Part shown: piece by piece, positions 1 through 10,285 of the stretch
Layout: each line of letters starts with the position of its first letter
How positions within the stretch are numbered: position 1 is the first letter of the stretch
DNA from: an uncultured Bacteroidales bacterium
Lineage (GTDB): Bacteria > Bacteroidota > Bacteroidia > Bacteroidales > Bacteroidaceae
NCBI GenBank assembly: GCA_902776985.1
Contig: CACYSD010000001.1
Location: 106,758 to 170,757, forward strand
Length of the DNA: 64,000 nt
Direction: 5' to 3'
The notes under the pieces: model-generated
Told to the model about the DNA's origin: nothing
Database searches by the model: none
What the model saw: only the letters and a program-made list of their open reading frames with translations
Made by a program: the position numbers and the translations under genes

Positions 1-358
1 AGCAAGTAATTTGGAAGAACAAGCACGAAACTACCGTATGATTACAGATATCGTACTCAGCAACGACAACTGTCCGAATATGGTAATCTGGGGACTCAAG
101 GACAATGACAGTTGGCGTCAGGCATCACAGCCACTGCTCTACGATTCAGGCATTAACAAGAAAAAGGCATATTATTCCGTACGTTCGGCTTTACGCCATC
201 ATTTAATAACCAATGAACAAACAGAAATTGAATCAATAACCACACATGCCAAGGACAAGCCATCAAAGATATTTGACCTTTCAGGTAGAGCTGTAGGTAC
301 GGGCAAACTATCTCCAGGTTTGTATATCATGGATGGCAGGAAGATTTACATAAGATAA
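1..358 (+). CDS. C-terminal fragment (5' end outside window) of a secreted glycoside hydrolase, GH10 xylanase-like tail followed by a T9SS (Por) C-terminal sorting domain
   Basis: Frame is open from position 1; ORF track start at 11 is a TTG. Motif WGLKDNDSWR resembles the C-terminal conserved strand of GH10 xylanases. The last ~80 aa (KIFDLSGRAVGTGKLSPGLYIMDGRKIYIR) have the typical T9SS CTD pattern. Confidence 0.5.
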   Translation, partial: ASNLEEQARNYRMITDIVLSNDNCPNMVIWGLKDNDSWRQASQPLLYDSGINKKKAYYSVRSALRHHLITNEQTEIESITTHAKDKPSKIFDLSGRAVGTGKLSPGLYIMDGRKIYIR

Positions 359-376
359 TTATCTACAAACACTTAT

Positions 377-2419
377 ATGAAACGCTTTCTAACACTAACA
401 CTCTCATTAACATTGCTGCCAATGGTAACAATGGCGCAGAACCCAATTATCCGGGATCAGTTCTCGGCAGACCCTACTGCGCGTGTATTTAATAATAAGG
501 TATATCTCTATCCTTCGCACGACATCAAGGCACCAGAAGGACAACGCAAGGATTGGTTCTGCATGGAGGATTACCATGTCTTTTCCAGTGACAACCTCGT
601 AGACTGGACTGACCATGGATGTATCATCTCACAGAACAATGTGCCTTGGGGTAAAGTTGACGCTTACTCCATGTGGGCGCCCGACTGCGTGTATAAGAAC
701 GGCAAATATTATTTCTATTTCCCGAACGCACCACAAAGCGGACGAGGATTTGCCATCGGCGTAGCCACTTCTGACAATCCCGCTGGTCCATTTACCTGTG
801 AACCGGGGCCTATCAAGGGAGTATCCGGCATTGACCCTTGCGTACTAGTCGACAACGATGGCTCTGCCTACATCTACTGGAGTGGCATGGGTATTCGCGG
901 TGCCAAGCTGAAAGACAATATGGTGGAATTGGATGGAGAGTTGCAGGAAGTGAAAATGCCTCATCGTGAAGGCATGGCTGAAATGCCTCCGATAAAGGTC
1001 GGTGGTCAGGTTATGGAAGGTCTTCCTGAAGGTTTCAAGGAAGGCCCCTTCGCATTCAAACGCGGTGACTGGTACTACCTGACATTCCCTTGGGTACGCG
1101 GTGATACAAGCGATGGCAAAAACCCGACTGAAACACTTGCCTATTCCATGTCGAAGTCGCCACTTGGTCCATGGGTCTTCAAGGGCATCATCATGGCTGA
1201 ACATTCAAACCATTGCTGGACAAATCATCACAGCCTTGTAGAATACCAAGGCCAATGGTATCTCTTTTATCATCATAATGATTTCTCGCCCAGCGATGAC
1301 AAACGCCGCAGCGTGTGTGTAGATCGAGTAAAGTTCAACTCCGACGGCACCATCCAGCAGGTTTATCCAACCAAACGCGGAGTGGGCATCATCCCTGCCA
1401 CCAACCGCATCGAAGTCGAAGGCTATTCCAATTGTAGCAAAGGAGTCTCAACAGCTCTGCTCGACACAGTTTACAATTTCAAGGGAATCAGCGTAACCCT
1501 GCCAAAGGCAAAGTCATCGGTTGAAGTCTCTGACATAGATTTCTCCATGCTCAATGATGCATACGTAATAGCAAAGGTACGTGCTAACAAAAACACAAAG
1601 CTTAGCTTACGCGAAAAGAATAATCGTGGTAAAGAAATTGCCAGCATCACCATCACTGTGACTGGTGAAAACGGGCCTTTCCGTCGTAATCTGAGCGGAC
1701 AATGGCTCACGCTCACAGCACCATTATCTTATGTACCAAAAGGTATTTCAACACTTTGCGCAACCAGCGAAGGCGACAGTGTAGACATCGACTGGGTTCA
1801 GTTCAAGAATCATCCGCGCTATTTCTCGCCAGCAGGCAGCATCGCATCTGCATCAAAACCAGATTCCGCAGGTTTCATCCGCCGTTGGCTATTGCTTGAA
1901 CCAATAAGCAAACCCAACCGTTCCAATAACGTGTTCACCGACACCTATCTGCGTGAGCATTTCTATATGTCGTATTTCAAGGATCAGATGACCACTCTTC
2001 CCAAAGACGGGCAGAAAGTAAAGGCAGGCAAGCAAACATTGACTTGGCGTGCACTTGACAGCGAGAACTTCAATGTCAAACTGTTCCGCTTTGCTGAGAA
2101 ATGGGGGCAACAGACCTATGGTTCTCTGTTCTGGGGTGTAACCTACATCGACTGCCCGGAGGACATTGAGAATGTACGTCTTGCCGCTGGTTCCAACGGT
2201 GCTTCTATCTGGTGGGTTAACGGCAAGGAAGTGCTCCTTCTTTCCGGAGACCGCCGCATGGTGGAAGATGACGGAATGTCCGGTTTGCTGACATTGCATA
2301 AAGGTCGCAACGTCATACGTTGTTCTGTTATCAACGGACCTGGTCTCAGCGACTTCTGTGTCCGGTTTATTGATGAGAATGGAAAACCAGTAACAAACTA
2401 CACTATAACCACGAAATAA
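377..2419 (+). CDS. Glycoside hydrolase family 43 (beta-xylosidase/alpha-L-arabinofuranosidase-like) with signal peptide and C-terminal accessory (CBM-like) domain
   Basis: N-terminal signal peptide (MKRFLTLTLSLTLLPMVTMAQ). NPIIRDQFSADPTARVF...YLYPSHD and WAPD motifs are typical of the GH43 5-bladed beta-propeller. 680 aa. Confidence 0.7.
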   Translation: MKRFLTLTLSLTLLPMVTMAQNPIIRDQFSADPTARVFNNKVYLYPSHDIKAPEGQRKDWFCMEDYHVFSSDNLVDWTDHGCIISQNNVPWGKVDAYSMWAPDCVYKNGKYYFYFPNAPQSGRGFAIGVATSDNPAGPFTCEPGPIKGVSGIDPCVLVDNDGSAYIYWSGMGIRGAKLKDNMVELDGELQEVKMPHREGMAEMPPIKVGGQVMEGLPEGFKEGPFAFKRGDWYYLTFPWVRGDTSDGKNPTETLAYSMSKSPLGPWVFKGIIMAEHSNHCWTNHHSLVEYQGQWYLFYHHNDFSPSDDKRRSVCVDRVKFNSDGTIQQVYPTKRGVGIIPATNRIEVEGYSNCSKGVSTALLDTVYNFKGISVTLPKAKSSVEVSDIDFSMLNDAYVIAKVRANKNTKLSLREKNNRGKEIASITITVTGENGPFRRNLSGQWLTLTAPLSYVPKGISTLCATSEGDSVDIDWVQFKNHPRYFSPAGSIASASKPDSAGFIRRWLLLEPISKPNRSNNVFTDTYLREHFYMSYFKDQMTTLPKDGQKVKAGKQTLTWRALDSENFNVKLFRFAEKWGQQTYGSLFWGVTYIDCPEDIENVRLAAGSNGASIWWVNGKEVLLLSGDRRMVEDDGMSGLLTLHKGRNVIRCSVINGPGLSDFCVRFIDENGKPVTNYTITTK

Positions 2420-2422
2420 CTT

Positions 2423-3886
2423 ATGAAACGGAATCTGTTCACAATATTTTTCTTTATACTTAGCTCTTCTATTTTCATTTCTTACACCTCTGCCCAAATA
2501 GGTACTCCATACATTCACGACCCGTCAACCATAGCTGAATGTGACGGGAAATATTATACTTTCGGTACTGGTGGCGGTGGACTTATCAGCGAAGACGGAT
2601 GGACGTGGCACGACGGTGCCGTTCGCCCTGGTGGTGGAGCAGCTCCAGACGTTATGAAAATCGGAGATCGCTACCTTGTTATCTATGGAGCTACAGGAGG
2701 AGGACTGGGAGGAGGTCACAATGGTCGGATTCTGACCATGTGGAACAAAACGCTCGACCCTAAATCACCAGATTTCAAATATACTGAGCCTATAGAGGTT
2801 GCGTCATCTGACGGCATGGAAGACAACGATGCCATAGACCCGAGTTTGCTGCTCGACCCTACTACAGGAAGACTCTGGGCAAGCTACGGAACATATTTCG
2901 GAACTATTCGCCTCATCGAACTTAACCCGAAGACCGGTGAGCGCATGAAAGGAAACAAAGAACGTGACATCGCAATAGACTGCGAAGCTACTGATCTCCT
3001 TTACCGTAACGGCTGGTATTATTTGCTTGGTACTCATGGCACTTGCTGCGACGGTGTAAACTCCACATATAATATTATAGTTGGACGCTCACGCAAGGTT
3101 ACCGGTCCGTATATTGATAATGTTGGTCGTGACATGTTCCACGGCGGAGGCAGAATGGTAATTGCCGCTGGCGACCGCAGAGTGGGTCCCGGACACTTCG
3201 GACGAACAGTCATAGACGACGGCATAGAGATAATGTCATGTCATTTTGAAGCCGATTTTGATAAAGGCGGACGTTCCGTACTTGGCATAGTTCCTCTGCT
3301 TTGGGAAAACGACTGGCCTGTTGCAGGAGAACGCTTCAAGGGAGGTACATTTGAAATAGAATCACAACGTCGCGGTTACAGTCTTGAACTCGCGGTTGAC
3401 TTCGTTCGCATGCCACAGGAACGTAGGGCATGGTTTGACCGCAAACAAATGGAAGCACCTGTTAAGCCCATCCCCGACCAGACTTTGGAAGAAGTACAGT
3501 CCACATGGCCAGAAGGAGAGATACCTCTACGCTGCGGAGACTATATGTTCCGTCCATGGCAACGCTGGACCATCACTCCTGTTCCGGAAGCAGGAGGACG
3601 TCTCACAGGTCCTCTTTATGAGATAAAAATCGCTGGCACTAATCGTGCACTGACTGCAACTGCAGAATACGGAGTTATAGCAAAGGACTTTGAAGGTCTG
3701 GATGAGCAACTATGGTGGATTGAGCAAGCCACAGACGGTACTTACCGTATAATGCCATTCGAAATTCCCGGAGAAAAGGAATTCAATACTCGCTACTGCC
3801 TCTACAGTGCAGGCGACAGCACTCCTACCCTCGCCCCATGGGATTTCAGTACCGACAATTCCAAGTGGAAATTCCGCTCACATTAA
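2423..3886 (+). CDS. Glycoside hydrolase family 43, arabinanase-like, with C-terminal extra domain
   Basis: Signal peptide. IHDPSTI..DGKYYTFGTGGG and RLWASYGTYFG resemble GH43 endo-arabinanase motifs. Lies 4 bp after the preceding GH43 gene (operon). Confidence 0.65.
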   Translation: MKRNLFTIFFFILSSSIFISYTSAQIGTPYIHDPSTIAECDGKYYTFGTGGGGLISEDGWTWHDGAVRPGGGAAPDVMKIGDRYLVIYGATGGGLGGGHNGRILTMWNKTLDPKSPDFKYTEPIEVASSDGMEDNDAIDPSLLLDPTTGRLWASYGTYFGTIRLIELNPKTGERMKGNKERDIAIDCEATDLLYRNGWYYLLGTHGTCCDGVNSTYNIIVGRSRKVTGPYIDNVGRDMFHGGGRMVIAAGDRRVGPGHFGRTVIDDGIEIMSCHFEADFDKGGRSVLGIVPLLWENDWPVAGERFKGGTFEIESQRRGYSLELAVDFVRMPQERRAWFDRKQMEAPVKPIPDQTLEEVQSTWPEGEIPLRCGDYMFRPWQRWTITPVPEAGGRLTGPLYEIKIAGTNRALTATAEYGVIAKDFEGLDEQLWWIEQATDGTYRIMPFEIPGEKEFNTRYCLYSAGDSTPTLAPWDFSTDNSKWKFRSH

Positions 3887-5481
3887 GAAACTATTATCTG
3901 CTCCAGTAAAAGAGCTGTAAGAGAGAGCATTGACAATCGCAAGGAACGGGAAGTGCGATGTACGAAGAAGTTCCATACTGAAATAATAAAGACATATAGC
4001 AGCACTACGGCAACGGTGGATGGTCTATAGTCCACCGTTGCTATTTTTATTGAGGCAACTGCATCTACGATTGTGTTGTTCCATGAAACTATTGCAATGA
4101 TAGCAGATGTAAGCAATGTGGTAGTCAATCCACACAATGTAAACATCCACCAGAGCAACAGCATAATCAGCAATATAGATACTAAGGTCGAAATCACAAC
4201 GCTGCTTAACAGCCCTAACAGAGGAATGTAGCCAAAATAGTATGCTACTAGAGGAAATGTAGCAAGAGTACAGACGAGCGACATCCTTAATGGTGGCCAC
4301 AGGTATTCTTGGATTATCCTTGTAAGTATATTTCTGCGTCTTCCGGTTGAATCAATATGCAGCGTGTCCACATGAGTCAATGCTATAGCAACAATACTCG
4401 CAAACGACAGCTGGAAACCGATATTCATCAGCAGCAGCGGATTGAAGAATAGCATCAGCACTGCAGCGATGGCACAGGAATTGAGAAGACTTTGCTCTGC
4501 ATCTATTACTAAGGCCAGTTGCACTAAGGAAAGCATTATTGTTGCCCGAAGCAGTGACGGAGGCATACCTGCTATCATACAGAAGAGCCATGCAACGGGA
4601 ATTAAGGTAAAGGCAACAACTCGTCTCCATCTGCGCGTCATGAAGTTGTTCACAAGATAATTGAACATCACAAACAACATGGCGAGATGCATTCCCGACA
4701 AAGCCAGCACATGAGCCACTCCTGCATGTGCATAGGCTTGACGCAGTTTCTGATTAAGATTGGCTCTTTGTCCCGTAGTCATCGCCTCTACCACACTGCC
4801 AACGTCGTCTGTAATACCTGCATCGGCATACTTCAAATGTATCTGACTGCGTATATCGGCAAATTGCTTCGTCCAGTCACTTTTCCCATGATTTTCCCCT
4901 CTGCTATCCCAACTGCCAGGAAGCACATAGCAGGTGGCGCAAAATCCTTCGCAAAAAAGATAATTGCGATAATCATCAAGAATATGGTTATCGGTAGAGT
5001 ATGCGTCATTACGGATAAAAGTCGGATTAACCTTATATGCTTGAAGGGAAATGCTGTCACCACTATGCAATGTCTCTGGCGAATGACTTTCGTCCAAGGC
5101 AATATAAGCTAAAACACGGCTGTCATTTGTCCTGACCTCAACTGCATAGGTACGTGCCTTTTTCTTTGGTTCGGATTCCACAACCCCACATATCCACGCC
5201 CCTTTATCCGGAACGCTTTCAGTAATTGACAGACATCTCTGCAACATAAGTAGTGCTCCGAAGAGAGCGATACTGACATTACTCAGGACACCAAACAGAT
5301 GTATATATCTGAACTTCGGGCATAACGTATTGACATATAGTGCAGCACATGAGCATAAAATAAATGGTATAGCAAGCCACAACAGGTTTACTATACCATA
5401 ATCTATGCTTATATATCCCATAGCCATTCCCACTATCAGAGGAATGGCGAAGCGAACTACAGGATAATTCTGCCAGGACAT
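3883..5481 (-). CDS. comEC: ComEC/Rec2 family competence membrane protein
   Basis: Polytopic membrane protein. The LALSGMHLAMLF motif matches the ComEC competence domain (HLLAISGLHL-like). 532 aa. Confidence 0.75.
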   Translation of the reverse strand: MSWQNYPVVRFAIPLIVGMAMGYISIDYGIVNLLWLAIPFILCSCAALYVNTLCPKFRYIHLFGVLSNVSIALFGALLMLQRCLSITESVPDKGAWICGVVESEPKKKARTYAVEVRTNDSRVLAYIALDESHSPETLHSGDSISLQAYKVNPTFIRNDAYSTDNHILDDYRNYLFCEGFCATCYVLPGSWDSRGENHGKSDWTKQFADIRSQIHLKYADAGITDDVGSVVEAMTTGQRANLNQKLRQAYAHAGVAHVLALSGMHLAMLFVMFNYLVNNFMTRRWRRVVAFTLIPVAWLFCMIAGMPPSLLRATIMLSLVQLALVIDAEQSLLNSCAIAAVLMLFFNPLLLMNIGFQLSFASIVAIALTHVDTLHIDSTGRRRNILTRIIQEYLWPPLRMSLVCTLATFPLVAYYFGYIPLLGLLSSVVISTLVSILLIMLLLWWMFTLCGLTTTLLTSAIIAIVSWNNTIVDAVASIKIATVDYRPSTVAVVLLYVFIISVWNFFVHRTSRSLRLSMLSLTALLLEQIIVS

Positions 5482-6126
5482 TTACAGGCTGCGCAGTTCG
5501 TCAATGACTGCTGCTGGATTCTCTGCACCAAACACATAGCTTCCTGCCACCATCACATCCACGCCAGCCTCAGCCAACAGAGGAGCAGTCTTGGCATTGA
5601 CACCACCGTCAACCTCAATCAATGCTTTTGAACCAGTGCGTTCAATCATCCTGCACAGTTCCTTAACTTTATCCAATGAATGTTCAATGAATTTCTGTCC
5701 GCCGAATCCTGGATTCACAGTCATCAGCAGCACCATATCCACATCACGGATAATATCCTCGAGAAGACATACGGGTGTGGACGGATTGAGCGTCACTCCT
5801 GCTTTCATTCCTTTCTCGTGTATAACGTGAACTGTGCGGTGCAGATGCAGACATGCCTCATAATGCACATTCATCATCATGGCACCGAGAGCAGCAACTT
5901 CATCGACAAACTTCTCAGGTCGTTCAATCATGAGATGCACATCAAGTGGTTTTTTACACAGACGTGCCACAGCTTCAAGGACAGGGAATCCAAAACTGAT
6001 GTTAGGCACAAACACGCCATCCATTACGTCAAGATGCAACCAGTCTGCATTACTGCTGTTGATCATTCCGATTTCGCGTTCCAGATTTCCAAAATCGGCT
6101 GCAAGAAGAGAAGGAGAAACAATCAT
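5482..6126 (-). CDS. rpe: Ribulose-phosphate 3-epimerase
   Basis: MIVSPSLLAADFGNLEREI...HLDVMDGVFVPNISFG is the canonical Rpe N-terminus. 214 aa. Immediately upstream of comEC on the same strand. Confidence 0.9.
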   Translation of the reverse strand: MIVSPSLLAADFGNLEREIGMINSSNADWLHLDVMDGVFVPNISFGFPVLEAVARLCKKPLDVHLMIERPEKFVDEVAALGAMMMNVHYEACLHLHRTVHVIHEKGMKAGVTLNPSTPVCLLEDIIRDVDMVLLMTVNPGFGGQKFIEHSLDKVKELCRMIERTGSKALIEVDGGVNAKTAPLLAEAGVDVMVAGSYVFGAENPAAVIDELRSL

Positions 6127-6210
6127 TACAAAATTATAAATTATGAATTATAAAACCATCCGGATGGCAGGTAACCACTCATCCCCATTACGGGGGGCGG
6201 GGGGCTAGTT

Positions 6211-7146
6211 TTACTTCAGCACAAAGCTGGTCTGCCCTATCATTTGATTATCAGCGAAGATGAACAGCTTGTAGGTTCCAGCCTCCAAGTATTCATCAAC
6301 ATCGCTATACATAGTTACTTTCATTTCCTCGCCATCGTATTCCACATATTTCTTTTCTGAGTACTCCAGTTGAGTATTCTCATAGGTAAAGTTTCCTTGA
6401 CGGTGATACACCGAGTTGTCGGGTTTCATGATTCTGGCGTAAATCACGCGTTGACCGTTAGCAGCAGTAACATTCTTCACAATCGTGAAGCCGAAAGCGA
6501 ATCTGGTTACATCCTTAACCTTCTGGGTATCTTTTCCACGTTTGTTTTTCGGAGAAATCCAGAGCCCAGTTGCGTCAAGCTGTGCAGCACGATCCACTCT
6601 TTCCCTAAGCTGGTTGCGTTCAGAACTGATTACATTAATTTCAGTACGTACCTGCTCGTTCTGGTGACGGATCTCTGTATTCTCTGCACGAAGGGATTCG
6701 TTTGCGCGGTTCAGACTGTCAACTTGAACTATATAGCTATGCAATACCTTACGAAGGGATGTTATTTCACGTTTCAGACGAGTAATCTCGCGAGCATCGG
6801 TGGCTTTGGTGTTTTCCAGTTCGCGCAGCAACTTCTGAGTACGTTCACGCTCCTTCTCAATCTCAGCAATAAGAGAGTCGTTACGCAGCGAACTCTGCAA
6901 TTCGCCATACTGGATGTCAAACTGCCTGTACTCATTCTGCATTTCCTCCTTATCGAGTTCGGCAAGTTGTTGCAGTTCGTTGATAGTTTCATTGCGTTCA
7001 TCTATCTCACTGCTCTTTTGAACCAACATATAGACAAGGAAGATAATTACTGCTGCAAGAACTGCAGCGATAATTGCATATATCAGGCGACGTTTGTCGT
7101 TATTGCCCTTTCCTGGTATAACCGTTTGATTCTGCTCTTGATTCAT
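6211..7146 (-). CDS. Hypothetical membrane-anchored coiled-coil protein
   Basis: Single N-terminal transmembrane helix (LIYAIIAAVLAAVIIFLVYML), then ~150 aa of E/R/L-rich heptad-like sequence, then a beta-rich C-terminal domain. No recognisable family. Confidence 0.45.
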   Translation of the reverse strand: MNQEQNQTVIPGKGNNDKRRLIYAIIAAVLAAVIIFLVYMLVQKSSEIDERNETINELQQLAELDKEEMQNEYRQFDIQYGELQSSLRNDSLIAEIEKERERTQKLLRELENTKATDAREITRLKREITSLRKVLHSYIVQVDSLNRANESLRAENTEIRHQNEQVRTEINVISSERNQLRERVDRAAQLDATGLWISPKNKRGKDTQKVKDVTRFAFGFTIVKNVTAANGQRVIYARIMKPDNSVYHRQGNFTYENTQLEYSEKKYVEYDGEEMKVTMYSDVDEYLEAGTYKLFIFADNQMIGQTSFVLK

Positions 7147-7311
7147 AAAAACTAAGTTCTTAAGTATATTCTTTACGATTCAGCACAAACGCTTTACGTA
7201 TTATTATCCGCAAATTTATGATTTTTATTTCAATCAATAACGAAAAAGAATGTCAAAATTCCTATTATCAACATAAAAAATAGTAATTTTGCAAAAACAA
7301 AGCTATAGACC

Positions 7312-8358
7312 ATGATAAAATCCGCATTATCTTCATCAGAAGCTACACAGCTCAAGCAAATATTATTGCAAAGTCGCAACGTGGTTATCACCTGTCACAC
7401 TTCTCCCGACGGTGATGCCATCGGTGCCAGCCTTGCACTTTGGGAATATCTCACCAACAGAGGTAAGCAGGCTACAGTCATCGTACCGAATTATTTCCCG
7501 GATTTCCTTAAATGGATGAATGGTGCCGACCGCATCATCATCTACGACCACCACAGAGCACAGTCAAAGACTATCTTTGCGATGGCGGACCTCTGCGTGG
7601 CTCTTGACTACAACGGTCTGTCACGAATTGACGACTTAGCTACACCTTTCGGCTATTCACGTGCAACCAAACTCATGATAGACCACCACACAGAGCCAGA
7701 GAAATTCTGTGACATGCAGATTTCACGACCTGAGATGAGCAGCACCTGTGAACTGCTGTTCAGGTTGCTCAACCAAATCGGCGAGATTGACCGTTTGAAC
7801 CGTCACGCAGCAGAAGACCTGTACGCAGGAATGTGTACCGACACAGGTCGTTTCACTTACAACTCAAACAACCCTGAGATTTTCCAAATCATTGCCGAGC
7901 TTATGCGCAAAGGCATTGACAAAGACCTCATCATCCGAAATATCTACAATCAGAACACCGAGGGACGTTACCGCCTCATGGGTTATATCCTGTATGAAAA
8001 GTTGAAAGTGATGCACGACCTGCACGCTTCATACTTCTCTATCACCCGTGACGAGCTGCAACGATTCAACTATCTTAAAGGTGATGCAGAAGGTATCGTC
8101 AACATGCCGCTCGAAATACGTGGGCAGAAACTCTCCATAGCCCTGCGTGAGGACACTGAAAAGCAGCAGATATGTGTATCAATACGCAGTTTCGATGATT
8201 TCCCTGCGAACGAGATGGCAGCAAAATTCTTCAATGGCGGCGGACATTTCAATGCCGCCGGCGGTCGCCTCTTCTGCACAATGGAGGAAGCCATCAAAAT
8301 CACCGAGGATGCTATCGAATCCTACCGTCCCCTACTCTGCAACGAACAACCCACATAA
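7312..8358 (+). CDS. nrnA: DHH-family phosphoesterase (NrnA-like oligoribonuclease / pAp phosphatase)
   Basis: DHH motif region (ITCHTSPDGDAIGASLAL) and DHHA1 motif (FNGGGHFNAAGG). Size 348 aa is typical of NrnA. A candidate -7 box TAATTTTG lies ~25-30 bp upstream. Confidence 0.65.
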   Translation: MIKSALSSSEATQLKQILLQSRNVVITCHTSPDGDAIGASLALWEYLTNRGKQATVIVPNYFPDFLKWMNGADRIIIYDHHRAQSKTIFAMADLCVALDYNGLSRIDDLATPFGYSRATKLMIDHHTEPEKFCDMQISRPEMSSTCELLFRLLNQIGEIDRLNRHAAEDLYAGMCTDTGRFTYNSNNPEIFQIIAELMRKGIDKDLIIRNIYNQNTEGRYRLMGYILYEKLKVMHDLHASYFSITRDELQRFNYLKGDAEGIVNMPLEIRGQKLSIALREDTEKQQICVSIRSFDDFPANEMAAKFFNGGGHFNAAGGRLFCTMEEAIKITEDAIESYRPLLCNEQPT

Positions 8359-8423
8359 TCCTCAGTATTTAACCACTTCGGTACTATCACTTCAATAAAG
8401 AATTCTTCATTCTTCACTATCTT

Positions 8424-9542
8424 TTGTCCGGCATCTACATTCATATTCCTTTTTGTAAATCGCGGTGCATATACTGCGATTTCTATTCTACAACGCTGCT
8501 CCATCTGCGTCAGCGCTATGTCGATGCTGTATGCAAGGAAATCGGGCAACGAGCTGACGGAAGCACTATTCAGACCATTTATTTCGGAGGAGGAACGCCT
8601 TCGCAACTATATGTTCATCAAATAAAGCAAATTCTTGAGTGCATCCGTCATAATTTCTCTGTTGCCCAGGCTGCGGAAATCACTCTCGAAGCCAATCCCG
8701 ACGACATCAATGAGAATTATCTGAGAGATTTGAGCCAAATCGGGATAAACAGATTAAGCCTCGGCATACAGACGTTCAATCCGCAGCGGTTGCAGTTTCT
8801 TCATCGTCGTCACACAGCCGACCAAGCCATTCATGCAGTTCGTTCAGCACAAAACTGCGGATTTTACAATATCAGCATCGACCTTATGTTCGGTTTTCCC
8901 GATGAAACCCTCGAAGAATGTCAAAATGACATCAACACAGCACTTTCGCTTCATGTTCAGCACATCAGCGCCTATTGCCTGATGTACGAAGAAGGAACCA
9001 GGATCACACAGATGCTACAAGCCCATGAAGTGGAAGAGATTAGCGAGGAGAACTATATGAGAATGTACAATCAACTGATAGACTCACTTCAGGAAAACGG
9101 TTTTGTGCAATACGAAATTTCCAATTTCTCACTGCCAGGCTTTCATTCTCGCCATAATTCCAGTTACTGGGATGGTACACCCTACTTTGGATTCGGTGCT
9201 GCGGCACATTCCTACGACATAAAAACACGAAGCTGGAATCCGTCAGATATACATATATATATAGTAGGAATGGAGAAAGGCGAGATGAAGCCCGAAGTAG
9301 AACAACTCGACGACAGGACACGATACAACGAACTCGTAATGACCAGCCTTCGCACAGCAAAAGGGCTTAATCTTAGCGAGTTAGAAAGGATATTTGGCAG
9401 AGAGCGCTACGACTATTGTCTGCAAATGGCCAAGAATCATCTTGATAGCAACACCCTGGAAATCAAGGATAACAACATCATGAAACTAACCAGAAAGGGA
9501 ATTTTTACATCTGATTCTATCATGTCAGACATGATGATATGA
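8424..9542 (+). CDS. hemW: Radical SAM heme chaperone HemW (HemN-like, oxygen-independent coproporphyrinogen III oxidase family)
   Basis: N-terminal IYIHIPFCKSRCIYCDF radical-SAM CxxxCxxC motif; 372 aa; HemN C-terminal domain. Confidence 0.8.
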   Translation: MSGIYIHIPFCKSRCIYCDFYSTTLLHLRQRYVDAVCKEIGQRADGSTIQTIYFGGGTPSQLYVHQIKQILECIRHNFSVAQAAEITLEANPDDINENYLRDLSQIGINRLSLGIQTFNPQRLQFLHRRHTADQAIHAVRSAQNCGFYNISIDLMFGFPDETLEECQNDINTALSLHVQHISAYCLMYEEGTRITQMLQAHEVEEISEENYMRMYNQLIDSLQENGFVQYEISNFSLPGFHSRHNSSYWDGTPYFGFGAAAHSYDIKTRSWNPSDIHIYIVGMEKGEMKPEVEQLDDRTRYNELVMTSLRTAKGLNLSELERIFGRERYDYCLQMAKNHLDSNTLEIKDNNIMKLTRKGIFTSDSIMSDMMI

Positions 9543-9819
9543 ATTTCGCTGAACGTTTAACGTTGAATGTTTAACGGATATAATTTAAAAAAATGAAAAA
9601 ACGGCTGTTTGCGAAAACAGTCGGTTAAGAACTACTAAAACTTGGTAAAAAAGTACGACAAATTGTTCTAAAAACAAAAAAGTTACAGAAAAATCGATAA
9701 AAAAGTGTTAAAAGCCGAAAAAAAATGAGGTTTAAAGAACAACGTATTGAGAAAGTGCGTAACTTTGCAGCGTTTTAAGAAAGCAAGTTATTGTTTAACA
9801 ATTTAAAAAAGAAAAAAAA

Positions 9820-10056
9820 ATGAAAAAGTATTTGATGTTGGTTGCTGCTGTTGCAACTATGGCTGTTGTTTCTTGCAAGAACGAAGCTAAGACTGAAGAA
9901 GCTGCTGAAGAAGCTACTGAAGCTGTAGAAGAAGTTGCTGAAGAGGCTACTGAAGAAGTTGCTGAAGATGCTACTGAAGCTACTGAAGCTACTGAAGAAG
10001 GTGCTGAAGAAGCTACTGAAGCTACTGAAGCTACTGAAGAAGCTGCTGCTGAATAA
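9820..10056 (+). CDS. Small acidic tandem-repeat lipoprotein (EEATEA repeats)
   Basis: Lipoprotein signal MKKYLMLVAAVATMAVVSC, followed by ~55 aa of (E-A-T-E/E-E-V-A) repeats encoded by 9-bp DNA repeats (gctactgaa). The overlapping ORFs on other frames are shadows of the repeat. Confidence 0.55.
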   Translation: MKKYLMLVAAVATMAVVSCKNEAKTEEAAEEATEAVEEVAEEATEEVAEDATEATEATEEGAEEATEATEATEEAAAE

Positions 10057-10113
10057 TTCGCAACACGCTCAACAATCAATCACTTTTGGGCTTAGCCCAA
10101 AGAGAGAATTGGA

Positions 10114-10152
10114 ACCTGCAAGGATGAGAATCCAGCAGGTTTTATTTTTTTA
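10114..10152 (+). terminator. Putative rho-independent terminator after the acidic lipoprotein gene
   Basis: Hairpin acctgc...gcaggt followed by tttatttttttaaa. A second small hairpin ttgggcttagcccaa lies at 10087-10101. Confidence 0.45.
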
Positions 10153-10285
10153 AATACTTTAGGTTGCTTTTATAACCATTTTTATTTTCATCGGTCGTTA
10201 TTTATTCGTATCTTTGTTGCGGATTTGAGATTTGTGGAGTTGAATTGATTCATTTTAAGAACCAGTCGATTTATTTTTAGTTTTT

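Noticed and set aside
6127-6210. G-rich tract ccccattacggggggcggggggc and palindrome ccatccggatgg between rpe and the coiled-coil gene as a further G4 element or terminator
   Set aside because: It does not match the 40-bp hairpin family consensus. The hairpin is short, and there is no clear T-run in the correct orientation. Left unannotated.
9545-9819. 275-bp A-rich spacer (gtttaacgttgaatgtttaacgg direct repeat, many A-runs) as a small RNA or tRNA locus
   Set aside because: No cloverleaf or conserved sRNA features are recognisable by eye. It most likely holds the promoter or leader of the highly A-rich lipoprotein gene. It would need covariance-model search to say more.
9795-10153. ORFs 9795-10079 (minus) and 9935-10153 (plus) overlapping the acidic-repeat gene
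   Set aside because: They are frame shadows of the 9-bp GCTACTGAA repeat (poly-SVA and poly-LLK products). Only the plus-frame lipoprotein has a signal peptide and start context.
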